Source of the DNA: a virus | Taxonomy: Duplodnaviria; Caudoviricetes | IMG/VR virus record: IMGVR_UViG_3300047562_001063 | Span: 1 to 48,711 of that record | Direction: 5' to 3' (one strand) | DNA: 48,711 bases | Shown: positions 6,701 through 15,486 of the stretch, one piece after another | Numbering within the stretch: the stretch's first letter is position 1 | Layout: each line of letters starts with the position of its first letter | Notes under the pieces: generated by a model | Database searches by the model: none | What the model was told of the DNA's origin: nothing | Seen by the model: only the letters and a program-made list of their open reading frames with translations | Translations under genes and position numbers: made by a program

Positions 6701-6850
6701 ATGAGTAATAAAGATTGTGGTTGTGGAAGAAGTCCGACTGGTAAGTGTATCGGTTGGCATGGATTGACAAATGAACAATACTCCGCTAAACTTGCAGAAT
6801 ACGAAAAGAAGAACTTGACGGAATCAGCTCCTCAGTTGCTTCGTGATTGA
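6701..6850 (+). CDS. small CDGSH-like Fe-S/zinc protein (49 aa)
   Basis: MSNKDCGCGRSPTGKCIGWH; GAGG RBS; not in ORF track. Confidence 0.65.
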   Translation: MSNKDCGCGRSPTGKCIGWHGLTNEQYSAKLAEYEKKNLTESAPQLLRD

Positions 6851-6856
6851 ATAAAC

Positions 6857-6932
6857 GCTGCCTTGGTATAGCTGGTGCGTACATGCGCCTGAAGAGCGTG
6901 GGGACTCTGTTCGATTCAGAGAGGCAGCACCA
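6857..6932 (+). tRNA. tRNA-Phe(GAA)
   Basis: TGCGC-CTGAAGA-GCGTG, CCA. Confidence 0.9.
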
Positions 6933-6937
6933 TTAAT

Positions 6938-7013
6938 GCGTCTTGGGAGGTGTTGGCAATCTCATCGGTCTCATAAGCCGAACAACCCAGTTCGAAACTT
7001 GGAAGACGCACCA
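6938..7013 (+). tRNA. tRNA-Met/Ile2(CAT)
   Basis: TCGGT-CTCATAA-GCCGA, paired 1:72, CCA. Confidence 0.85.
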
Positions 7014-7016
7014 ATT

Positions 7017-7090
7017 GCGGGTATGATGTAATGGTAGCTTATCTCGTTGCCAACGAGAATGCGCGAGTTCGATTCTCGCTACCCGCTCCA
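7017..7090 (+). tRNA. tRNA-Gly(GCC)
   Basis: GCGGGTA acceptor, TTGCCAA loop, U73. Confidence 0.93.
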
Positions 7091-7139
7091 AATTCATAAA
7101 TACTCATTGACCAATCAAGGTCTAAATGAGGTAATACAA

Positions 7140-7313
7140 ATGCTAAACACAATCGTAGTTTTAGTTTTGATTGCAGCCGTGCTTTGGGTTCTATGGACAA
7201 TGTGGCAGAACGGCTGGGATATGAAGAAAGGTGGAGCAGCTATCGTAGCAGCACTTGCAGCATGGTGGCTCTGGATTTCTGATTCTATCACATCATTAAT
7301 GTCTGGTATGTAA
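7140..7313 (+). CDS. small two-TM membrane protein
   Basis: GAGGT RBS before ATG 7140; two hydrophobic helices. Confidence 0.7.
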   Translation: MLNTIVVLVLIAAVLWVLWTMWQNGWDMKKGGAAIVAALAAWWLWISDSITSLMSGM

Positions 7314-7319
7314 TTTAGA

Positions 7320-7422
7320 AACCGCTCTTGGCCCGTAGCGGTATAGAAGTCTTTTAGAGGGGTAAGTCGTTCAGATGCTGGTTCCAAACCAGTAGGCTGC
7401 ATGACAAGCTAACGGGCCTCCA
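7320..7422 (+). ncRNA. CCA-ending tRNA-like small RNA (T4 rnaC/rnaD-like candidate)
   Basis: GGCCCGT/ACGGGCC-T-CCA acceptor-like stem; motif shared with 1691 element. Confidence 0.6.
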
Positions 7423-7439
7423 TTTTTATAGGAGTTAAT

Positions 7440-7937
7440 ATGCCAGGACCATTATGGGAAGGCACAAGAGACTTGCATCATGCTTGTGAAGAACATCCAG
7501 TAGGTGCTGCTATGGCATCTGGAAAACCACCAATGCAATGGTATGCAGACTGGCTTTCTGCTTTGTACACAATTCACTGGACTGTAGATCAGCACATTCC
7601 AGAAATCATTCGCAGATCGGAACAAGTTCAAAAAGACTTAACAGATACAAACTGTCCTGTTAATATAATCCGCACAGCTAACGATTATGTAAATAGACTG
7701 AATACGGAAAAAGATATGGTTGGCTCAGCTTATGTATTGACAGGTGCCCATTTGATGGGCGGTGAAGTAATGCGTAGAAGACTTGTTGGCTATCCTACCA
7801 GTCATCTTGAATGGTCAGATAGAAAAGCAGCGATAGTAGAATTAACAAAGTTTAGAGAGCGCGAAGATGTGATTGCGGAAGCTAGAAACTGTTTTCAAGC
7901 CCTTCTAAACATCATGGACGAAATCAAAGCCGCTTAG
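7440..7937 (+). CDS. heme oxygenase-like protein
   Basis: L.E.TR.LH...E.HP proximal helix; AYVL.G..LMGG distal motif; EA...F. Confidence 0.7.
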   Translation: MPGPLWEGTRDLHHACEEHPVGAAMASGKPPMQWYADWLSALYTIHWTVDQHIPEIIRRSEQVQKDLTDTNCPVNIIRTANDYVNRLNTEKDMVGSAYVLTGAHLMGGEVMRRRLVGYPTSHLEWSDRKAAIVELTKFREREDVIAEARNCFQALLNIMDEIKAA

Positions 7938-8002
7938 TTCACTGGTAGAACACCTCGTTTACACCGAGGGTGTAGGGAGTTCGATTCTCTCAGCGGCTAC
8001 CA
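7928..8002 (+). tRNA. tRNA-Val(TAC)
   Basis: CCTCG-TTTACAC-CGAGG; overlaps the heme oxygenase stop codon. Confidence 0.9.
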
Positions 8003-8007
8003 TTAAT

Positions 8008-8089
8008 GCGGATATGGTGAAATGGCAGACACGCTAGTCTTAGGAACTAGTGCTTAGGCGTGGGGGTTCAAGTCTCTCTACCCGCACCA
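8008..8089 (+). tRNA. tRNA-Leu(TAG)
   Basis: CTAGT-CTTAGGA-ACTAG, variable arm, A73. Confidence 0.93.
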
Positions 8090-8095
8090 ATCACT

Positions 8096-8169
8096 GCCTC
8101 TATAGTATAGTGGTAGAACAATCCTTTGGTAGGGGATTGGCTCCAGTTCGATTCTGGATAGAGGCACCA
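8096..8169 (+). tRNA. tRNA-Thr(GGT)
   Basis: ATCCT-TTGGTAG-GGGAT, CCA. Confidence 0.9.
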
Positions 8170-8185
8170 TTATAGGAACTTAACA

Positions 8186-8527
8186 ATGCGTATTCTAGTA
8201 TGCGGCGGCCGTGACTTCAATAACAGAGCCCTCCTTAATAAGGCACTCCAGCCTTATGCTTCAAAAGACAATATCATCATTCAAGGTTCTGCTAGAGGAG
8301 CAGACGATCTGGCCAAAATCTGGGCAGTTGACAATGGTATTGAGTTCAAGAATTATCCTGCTGATTGGAATAAATATGGCAAACGAGCAGGATACATTCG
8401 CAATGTACAAATGTTGAATGAAGGTAAACCAGATTTAGTGATAGCTTTTCCAGGTGGTAAAGGCACTCAAATGATGATTAACCTAGCGGAGTCAGCTGGT
8501 ATCCCAGTTGTGAAAATAAATGATTAG
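8186..8527 (+). CDS. SLOG/YspA-like (DUF2493) protein
   Basis: MRILVCGGRDF, G.ARGAD, AGYIRN.QML, AFPGGKGT. Confidence 0.88.
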   Translation: MRILVCGGRDFNNRALLNKALQPYASKDNIIIQGSARGADDLAKIWAVDNGIEFKNYPADWNKYGKRAGYIRNVQMLNEGKPDLVIAFPGGKGTQMMINLAESAGIPVVKIND

Positions 8528-9017
8528 AAAGAATATGGATTTAGACGAAGTTCGTGCATTCATTCAAGCACAATCTAAGGAAACAAAAGTATATCTAGGT
8601 GGCGACTCAGAACGCTTTCAGTTGAATGGCGTTTGGATGGCTGACTACATCAACGTTGTCGTTGTTCATAAGAACGGCAAGAACGGCTGTCGTGTGTTTG
8701 GTTCCGTTATGCGTGAGCGTGACTATGATCAGCAGAAGGACAAGCCACGTATGCGTCTGATGAATGAAGTGATGAAAACGGCGCAATTGTATCTTGATCT
8801 GGAAGAAGCTATCGGTGAACGTGACTTTGAAATTCATCTGGACATCAATCCTGACTTGAAACACGGCTCATCTTGTGTTATAAATGAAGCTGTTGGTTAC
8901 ATTCGTGGTATGTGTAATGTGGTACCGCTAGTGAAGCCAAATGCTTGGGCAGCATCTTACTGTGCTGACAGATACAAGGATGCAATTCAACATATTCCAC
9001 AAGTAAAGGTAGGATAA
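8520..9017 (+). CDS. RNase H-like YkuK family protein
   Basis: VYLGGDS, RLMNEV, EIHLDIN, KPNAWAAS.CAD. Confidence 0.8.
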   Translation: MIRKNMDLDEVRAFIQAQSKETKVYLGGDSERFQLNGVWMADYINVVVVHKNGKNGCRVFGSVMRERDYDQQKDKPRMRLMNEVMKTAQLYLDLEEAIGERDFEIHLDINPDLKHGSSCVINEAVGYIRGMCNVVPLVKPNAWAASYCADRYKDAIQHIPQVKVG

Positions 9018-9021
9018 AATT

Positions 9022-9471
9022 ATGACTAAGTTTTTTGTTATGTTGGTAGTGATGGCTGCTGCAATCTTTATGCTTGTTACTGGTGCTAAGGCTGGTGTTG
9101 AGCCGCTTGGTGAGCATCAAGTGATCATTCGGATTGACAAGTCCGATCAGAAGATGTATGTAGAAACACCTACTGACTATTTTGAGTGGGACGTTTCTAC
9201 CGGTCGTAAGGGATATCGTACTCCGACTGGTGTGTTTCAGCCTTATCTTGTAAAGAAGATGCACTATTCATCCAAATATAATAATGCGCCGATGCCTCAT
9301 TCTATCTTCTTTCATGGTGGTTATGCAATTCATGCGACAACAGAAATAAATAAGCTTGGTCAACCCGCATCACATGGATGTATTCGTCTTAGTCCTCAGA
9401 ATGCTCGTTGGTTGTATCGCATTGTAAACGAGTACGGCAAGTATAATACATATATAGAGATTACAGAATAA
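9022..9471 (+). CDS. L,D-transpeptidase (YkuD) with signal peptide
   Basis: VSTG...TPTG.F, AIHAT, SHGCIRL. Confidence 0.92.
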   Translation: MTKFFVMLVVMAAAIFMLVTGAKAGVEPLGEHQVIIRIDKSDQKMYVETPTDYFEWDVSTGRKGYRTPTGVFQPYLVKKMHYSSKYNNAPMPHSIFFHGGYAIHATTEINKLGQPASHGCIRLSPQNARWLYRIVNEYGKYNTYIEITE

Positions 9472-9475
9472 TATA

Positions 9476-9565
9476 GGAAAGATGGCCGAGTGGTCGAAGG
9501 CACCTCACTGCTAACGAGGCGTACTCTAACCAGTACCGTGGGTTCGAATCCCACTCTTTCCGCCA
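9476..9565 (+). tRNA. tRNA-Ser(GCT)
   Basis: CTGCTAA loop, long variable arm, G73. Confidence 0.93.
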
Positions 9566-9599
9566 GCTAAATAGTGGTATAATGCCACAGGAGAATAAC

Positions 9600-10043
9600 A
9601 TGGAAGAACTTATAGAGAAGATGAAAGTTGTTTTAGCATCAACTTTCGCTGCGAAGCTTAAAGCACAAAGCTATCACTGGAATGTCATAGGTTCTGATTT
9701 TCCACAGTTGCATGATTTTTTTGCGACCATCTATGAAGATTATGAAGGTGCTGTTGACCCTTTGGCTGAACACATTCGTCAACTTGATGCATTTGCTCCA
9801 GCCACACTAGCGCGAATGAAAGAACTTTCAGTTATCATGGAAGATGAGAAGATACCTACAGCAGAGAAGATGCTGAGTAACTTACTCACATGTAACGAAA
9901 ATCTACATAGAGTTGTCGTTGAAGCATATGAAATGGCTGAGACACAAAAACAATTTGGTCTATCCAATTATTTACAGGATCGCATAACAGCACATGAAAA
10001 GTTGAACTGGATGATCAAAGCGACCCTTGGCAAGAAGTCTTAA
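9600..10043 (+). CDS. dps: Dps ferritin-like DNA-protecting protein
   Basis: HWNV.G..F..LH..F...Y......D.LAE.IR; HEK..WM; CAGGAG RBS before ATG 9600. Confidence 0.92.
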   Translation: MEELIEKMKVVLASTFAAKLKAQSYHWNVIGSDFPQLHDFFATIYEDYEGAVDPLAEHIRQLDAFAPATLARMKELSVIMEDEKIPTAEKMLSNLLTCNENLHRVVVEAYEMAETQKQFGLSNYLQDRITAHEKLNWMIKATLGKKS

Positions 10044-10064
10044 TTATACATAAATACAAATACT

Positions 10065-10091
10065 AGGGCACTCGAAAGGGTGCCCTTTTTT
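10065..10091 (+). terminator. Rho-independent terminator
   Basis: AGGGCACTC-GAAA-GGGTGCCCT followed by a T run. Confidence 0.8.
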
Positions 10092-10106
10092 GTAAGTGAG
10101 AACATA

Positions 10107-10307
10107 ATGAATATACTAGACTTATTAAAAGCAAAAAATGAGATGTCTGAAAGAAGACTGTCTATCTGTAAAGAGTGTGAACATTTGAATCAAAAACTAG
10201 TACAATGTAAGAAATGCGGCTGTTTCATGCACGCCAAAGTCAAATTTCATTCTTCTTCTTGTCCAATAGGTAAATGGGGTGCTGAAGAAGAGGAGATAAA
10301 TACTTGA
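10107..10307 (+). CDS. small Cys-rich protein
   Basis: RR..IC..CE....QC..CGCF...K......CP.GKW. Confidence 0.8.
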   Translation: MNILDLLKAKNEMSERRLSICKECEHLNQKLVQCKKCGCFMHAKVKFHSSSCPIGKWGAEEEEINT

Positions 10308-11489
10308 ATGGCACTAAGTATAAATCAACTCATACCAAAAATGACTGACCAGAAGTTTCGAGCCAACATCAAGGCGATTGGTGTTGTTGGCTACGATATT
10401 GTCAGTTCTAGTTCAATAATTCTTTATGGTTCAACAAAGTCACGTTCAGATAAGAGACAGATACTTATTGAACTTGCTGAAAATCTAAAGTCTTACGGCG
10501 CGCAATACATACAAGACAAAACAACAGGATATGTCGCTGTTGGTGGTACAAAAGTCATGCTTAAACCAGATCGCGCCGGTGGTGGTATAAGCTTGAAATC
10601 TAACTTCTTTGGTTCAAACATAACCAAGATAGTTGATAAAAATATACCATTTGGATCTTACTATAATTCTGTTGTCACAGCAATAAACACAACAAACAAA
10701 CTAAGTGATATGCAAAAAGAAGTATTGCTTGTGCTTGCTGAAGAAGCTGTAAATCCCTCACAAGAAACAAAAGCAAAAGTGAAGAATACTCTCAAATACG
10801 TAGGACAAACACTACCAATATCGTCTATCAATAATGACTTTTCAGAAGTTCTTGGACCATTAGCCGTTATAAACAGAGGTCTTTTACCTATTGATGCAAG
10901 TTCTGCTACAGTAAGAGTTGCAGGCACTTCAGATGAAGCATTAGTTGATTATAAGATCACTGATGCAAGTTCTGAATACAAGATATCAACCCAGTCTGGC
11001 ACAATCACAAATATAGAAAAACCAGACGATCTAATTAATGCGATAGAAAAAGATGGTATGACGGATCAAAACTTCTATTTCAGAAAATGGAGTAGAACGC
11101 CGCAGTATAAAGTTCTAAAGATCATTCAACGAGCATCTATGAATCAAGGACCAATTGAAGCTGCAATGTGGCTCAGAGATAATGGATATGATTCTTATTT
11201 TTCATGGTTGAAAAACGCTGAATACTCAGAAGAAGTCAGACAGAGGTGTGAAGAAACACTAGTAAGATTATCGGCAGAAGCTTTGAATTTCACAGATATA
11301 TTTGCCGATGCAATCAAGACTAAGGTCTATTATGTACGATTTAGATTGTCTCTGACAGGCGATATGGAATGGAAGCTTGTTGAGAATGCAGAAGATAGAA
11401 GAGAAAAGAGAAAAGTGTTAAGCAGAGTTGTCTTGTCTACTAGCAACTCTGTAAAAAGAGCAAGACAGAAAATAGGATTTCGTGTGTGA
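10308..11489 (+). CDS. hypothetical protein, possible PD-(D/E)xK nuclease-like fold
   Basis: 393-aa ORF; FSEVLGP...LVDY...YKISTQ resembles E..PD..(D/E)xK with Q in place of K. Confidence 0.6.
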   Translation: MALSINQLIPKMTDQKFRANIKAIGVVGYDIVSSSSIILYGSTKSRSDKRQILIELAENLKSYGAQYIQDKTTGYVAVGGTKVMLKPDRAGGGISLKSNFFGSNITKIVDKNIPFGSYYNSVVTAINTTNKLSDMQKEVLLVLAEEAVNPSQETKAKVKNTLKYVGQTLPISSINNDFSEVLGPLAVINRGLLPIDASSATVRVAGTSDEALVDYKITDASSEYKISTQSGTITNIEKPDDLINAIEKDGMTDQNFYFRKWSRTPQYKVLKIIQRASMNQGPIEAAMWLRDNGYDSYFSWLKNAEYSEEVRQRCEETLVRLSAEALNFTDIFADAIKTKVYYVRFRLSLTGDMEWKLVENAEDRREKRKVLSRVVLSTSNSVKRARQKIGFRV

Positions 11490-11998
11490 TGTCAGAAAGA
11501 AAGATAAAAATAGAGAACATCGAAGACGAGGTAATCAATGGCGGATTGGCAGGAACAAGAAGGGCCTTATCCATTCTACAGTCTCATATTGATAGTGCTA
11601 CTAATCACTCTGATGGTTTCATATCTAAAGTGAGTAATGAAGACAGAAAAAGACTGACTGAAATTACATCACAAGCGAACACACTTTTCAAGACTATATC
11701 ATCAAGAACATTGAACATGATCTCTACAAACCAGACATATAGAAATCATATCAGAGATTGGAAAAGATCACATGGAGTGACACAGAATACCAAGAGTTCT
11801 GTTGCAGGACTCATATCACATGTAGAAAGCATGATGAACAAGTCGATCATATCATCAAAAAGAAGCGATACGAGACGCAAGAGAGAAATTGAAAAGAAGA
11901 TCGTCATGACGTTCTATAAGTCAAACAAAGACGATATCAAAAAGATATTTGATTTGCAAAATCTGTTCATTCAAGCCAAGAAGATCATAGATAAATGA
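11486..11998 (+). CDS. hypothetical protein
   Basis: 170-aa ORF coupled to neighbours; N-terminus IENIEDEVINGG.AG resembles a longer T4-like conserved family. Confidence 0.7.
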   Translation: MMSERKIKIENIEDEVINGGLAGTRRALSILQSHIDSATNHSDGFISKVSNEDRKRLTEITSQANTLFKTISSRTLNMISTNQTYRNHIRDWKRSHGVTQNTKSSVAGLISHVESMMNKSIISSKRSDTRRKREIEKKIVMTFYKSNKDDIKKIFDLQNLFIQAKKIIDK

Positions 11999-12450
11999 AA
12001 TATACCAAAGAGCAAATTGAAGTACCTAAGATTGGTATGACATTCAGTAGAAATCTAATGCCTCAGATAGATAGTCATAAGATAGATGATTATCTCAAAT
12101 ATCTTTCTGATAAGAACATCAATCATGTGAAGCAGAAACTACCAACAAAAGAATTGAAGTCCACACAGATGGAATTTGATAAAGACAAGGTAGCAGAGAT
12201 GATAAACAACAGAGCATCAGTAAAACCTATCATCGTATCAAATGATGGGTACATTCTTGATGGACATCATCGTTGGTTGGCAGACTATAACAAAGACAAG
12301 AATGCTGAAACATCTGCTATTGTTGTCAATCTACCAATATTGGAACTCATGAGAGTGTCAAAGTACTATAATGGTGCTGAATCCAGACCTATAATGGAAA
12401 GCATCAAGAGAGTAGTTAAAAGAGCAGCTAGAGAAAGACAATATAAATGA
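11995..12450 (+). CDS. ParB/Srx-like protein
   Basis: LKSTQ.E, PIIVSNDGYILDGHHRW. Confidence 0.8.
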   Translation: MKYTKEQIEVPKIGMTFSRNLMPQIDSHKIDDYLKYLSDKNINHVKQKLPTKELKSTQMEFDKDKVAEMINNRASVKPIIVSNDGYILDGHHRWLADYNKDKNAETSAIVVNLPILELMRVSKYYNGAESRPIMESIKRVVKRAARERQYK

Positions 12451-12584
12451 CTTTTTATCGTGAAATAGCAAATGTCATTTGGCTAAAGCTGAAAGGTCTA
12501 AAAGTACCTGAAAGCTATGATGATGCCGAGTGTAAGAGAATAGTGGATAGATACTGGCACAAAGCTATGGAATCAGAACAGTAA
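12447..12584 (+). CDS. small hypothetical protein (45 aa)
   Basis: ATGA-coupled ORF MTFYREIANVIWLKL... Confidence 0.5.
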   Translation: MTFYREIANVIWLKLKGLKVPESYDDAECKRIVDRYWHKAMESEQ

Positions 12585-12629
12585 AATACTAAATACCCTA
12601 TAAGAATTGTATATTCCTATAGAGGGAAA

Positions 12630-15446
12630 ATGAAAAATTTAAGGTCGATATATGAACAGGTCAGACAGTCTGGCCGTCAAAAAACTCTTCTAGATGAAGA
12701 AGTTACAAGAAAAGAACTGGCACCCATGCTGGATTCTTTTGTTTCTTTTGCTTCAGACAAACTAGGTCTAAAATCCCTTCCAAACATCAGATACAAAGAT
12801 GAAAGCGACGATTACAACTCGTTTGCTGCATATAGTCCTGCCACAAATGAACTCTCTATCTGCACAATGAACAGACATCCAATGGACATATTCCGTTCGG
12901 TCGCTCATGAACTTGTGCATCACAAACAGAATGAAGATGGCCGTATAGGAAAAGACATAGCCAAAGAGGGTGAGACTGGTTCAGATATCGAAAACGAAGC
13001 AAATGCAGAAGCTGGTAAAATCATGCGCTGGTTTGCTAGAGCCAATCCATCTATGTTCAGTAAGAGCTATGTAATAGAAGATCACGCTGCCAATCATGCA
13101 TCTGGTGGTGAAATCAGAGGTATGGGATATGTGACAGGCGATTCTTCACCAACAGTGACTTCAAAGTATTTGATTCAAAATATTGCTGATACCGAGAAAA
13201 TGAAGTCTAACCACACTTCCAATTTGTGGCAAGGTGAACTTCGTGATTGGATGGATGATGAAGAGGAAGAAGAATACAAGAACAAACAGCTTGCTGAAGG
13301 CGTCAATGACCCTGCAAAATTGAAAGCTGTATTTCTCGCAGGTGGACCAGGTTCAGGTAAAGACTTTGTAATGAAAAGATCACTAACAGGTCATGGTCTA
13401 AGAGAAATTAATTCCGATAAAGCACTAGAACACTTGATGAGAAAAGGCGGTCTTGATTTTGAGATGCCTGAATCTGAAAAGGTTGAAAGAGAAAAGCTTT
13501 TAGGTAGAGCCAGAGAGATCAGAAAAGCAACTGAACGATCTACACTTGCTGGTCGTCAAGGTCATATCATCAATGGTACAGCAGAAAGCGTAGATCATAT
13601 ACAATCAATCAAAGACAGACTTGAAGGTCTTGGTTACGAAACAATGATGGTTTTTGTAGACACATCAAATGAAGTTTCAAAACTGAGAAATAGAGCTAGA
13701 GGTAAAAAGGGTGAGAGAAAAGTTCCTGATGGCACAGACAAGAATGGTGTACCAGATGGTTCAAAAGATATTCGTCAATGGAAGTGGAGTGCTGCTCAAG
13801 AGAACAAAGAAACTTTTAGAAAGCTTTTTGGTGATGACAAATTCACAACGATTGACAATACGGCAGACTACAATAAAGCAACGCCAGAAGAAAGAGAAAA
13901 ACTTGACGGTCATTTTGATCGTGTAAGAAATATGGTATCTCAATTTGCTCAAGGTCCAGTAAAGACTCCTGAAGGTCAGCAGTGGATAAGGAGTGAAACA
14001 CAGAAAAGAGGTATCACAAAGTTTGTACCACCAAAGACATTATTGAGTCCACAAGCAGACAGATCAGTCGAATCACCAAAAGCATATCTGAGACCACCAG
14101 CAGAACAAATGATGCAAGCAAGACGCTATGGTCTATCCTACTATGGAAACAATCAGTTTGGCAGAAACATCGGTGGTAAAAGAGAAATTTTCACACAAAA
14201 TAATGGCAAGTTTCAACGTAATGCTGTTAATGAAGATTTGCGTAAATGGTTTAGCAAAAAACATCCAGAAGGTGATTGGAAAAGAATCAATAGTGAAGGT
14301 GAAGCAATTGGTCCTTGTGCAAGAGAACCTGGTGAACCAAAACCAAAGTGCATGTCAAAGAAAAAGAGATCGCAGTTATCTAAAAAAGAAAGAGCTGCGG
14401 CTGTTAGAGCTAAAAGAAAACATGATCCTGATGCAGATAGAAAAGGTGCTCCTATCAATGTTTCTAATTTTGGTAAGGGCAAATTAACTAAGGAACAAAC
14501 AATGAGTTATCTAGAAGAAAAAAATGTACCTACAAATCCATCATTATGGTCTAAAGCGAAGTCATTAGCAAAGTCAAAGTTTGATGTATATCCATCTGCA
14601 TATGCTAATGGTTGGGCATCAAAATGGTACAAATCAAAAGGTGGCGGTTGGAAGTCAGTAAATGAAAGCTTTGAAGATTATATCAAAATTCCTTCTAATA
14701 GAGAAATTGGATCAAACTCACTAGCAATGATCTATAAGACAATGACACCTGGTCAAGAACCAGGAACAGAGGCGCCTGATGCAAGAAAGAGAAAGAAGCT
14801 GGCTCAAGAAGACGCTGGTCTACCAAAAGGTGCATGGGACTTAGCATCTATGAATGATGGTCTTGGTGCTACCTTCTCGCTGAGAGCATCACCTGCGCTT
14901 GTTACTGGGTTCTCTCAGATTGGTAGCACATTGGCTGAAGCTGCACCTTCAATTCGTAAGTGGGCACTTAACGAAAATACACAAAGAAAGTTTTTTGAAA
15001 AATATGGTGAAGAAGCACTAACCAAGCTACTAGAAGCATGTGAAAGACTTCAAGAAGCAGGATGTGGTTGTGAACATTCTGGAACAAAATCTATTAAAAA
15101 ACTTAGAGAGTCGTTTGATAAAGGTATCATGGATATGAAACCTATTGGTATTGGCATGTACAGACCTCATATGGAAGTTGATGAAGATTGGCAGAAAGTG
15201 AACCGTAGAGACAAGACAGACGGTCTAAGTCAAGCTGCTGTTGATGCATATCGTCGTGAAAATCCTGGTTCTAAGTTACAGACTGCTGTAACTGAAAAGA
15301 AACCAACAGGTAAAAGAAAAAAGCGCAGATTGTCATTCTGTCGCCGTATGAGAGGCATGAAGAAGCGTTTGACTTCTGCTGAGACAGCCAGAGATCCAGA
15401 TTCAGATATCAACAAAGCACTCCGTAGATGGAATTGCGAAGAATAG
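12630..15446 (+). CDS. multi-domain polyprotein: zincin HEXXH + Zeta-toxin-like P-loop kinase + basic domains
   Basis: AHELVHHKQ..ENEANA.AG; LAGGPGSGKD; YPSAYANGW..KWYK..GGGW; RR.SFC.RM.GM..ALRRWNC; ACTAAATA at 12588. Confidence 0.8.
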   Translation: MKNLRSIYEQVRQSGRQKTLLDEEVTRKELAPMLDSFVSFASDKLGLKSLPNIRYKDESDDYNSFAAYSPATNELSICTMNRHPMDIFRSVAHELVHHKQNEDGRIGKDIAKEGETGSDIENEANAEAGKIMRWFARANPSMFSKSYVIEDHAANHASGGEIRGMGYVTGDSSPTVTSKYLIQNIADTEKMKSNHTSNLWQGELRDWMDDEEEEEYKNKQLAEGVNDPAKLKAVFLAGGPGSGKDFVMKRSLTGHGLREINSDKALEHLMRKGGLDFEMPESEKVEREKLLGRAREIRKATERSTLAGRQGHIINGTAESVDHIQSIKDRLEGLGYETMMVFVDTSNEVSKLRNRARGKKGERKVPDGTDKNGVPDGSKDIRQWKWSAAQENKETFRKLFGDDKFTTIDNTADYNKATPEEREKLDGHFDRVRNMVSQFAQGPVKTPEGQQWIRSETQKRGITKFVPPKTLLSPQADRSVESPKAYLRPPAEQMMQARRYGLSYYGNNQFGRNIGGKREIFTQNNGKFQRNAVNEDLRKWFSKKHPEGDWKRINSEGEAIGPCAREPGEPKPKCMSKKKRSQLSKKERAAAVRAKRKHDPDADRKGAPINVSNFGKGKLTKEQTMSYLEEKNVPTNPSLWSKAKSLAKSKFDVYPSAYANGWASKWYKSKGGGWKSVNESFEDYIKIPSNREIGSNSLAMIYKTMTPGQEPGTEAPDARKRKKLAQEDAGLPKGAWDLASMNDGLGATFSLRASPALVTGFSQIGSTLAEAAPSIRKWALNENTQRKFFEKYGEEALTKLLEACERLQEAGCGCEHSGTKSIKKLRESFDKGIMDMKPIGIGMYRPHMEVDEDWQKVNRRDKTDGLSQAAVDAYRRENPGSKLQTAVTEKKPTGKRKKRRLSFCRRMRGMKKRLTSAETARDPDSDINKALRRWNCEE

Positions 15447-15486
15447 AATTCAATAAATATAGATAAACCAAAAAGGAATAACAACA

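Noticed and set aside
6366-7139. ORF 6366-6770(-) and the 5' extension of ORF 7047
   Set aside because: They overlap tRNA-Ser or tRNA-Gly; the real start of the membrane protein is ATG 7140 with an RBS.
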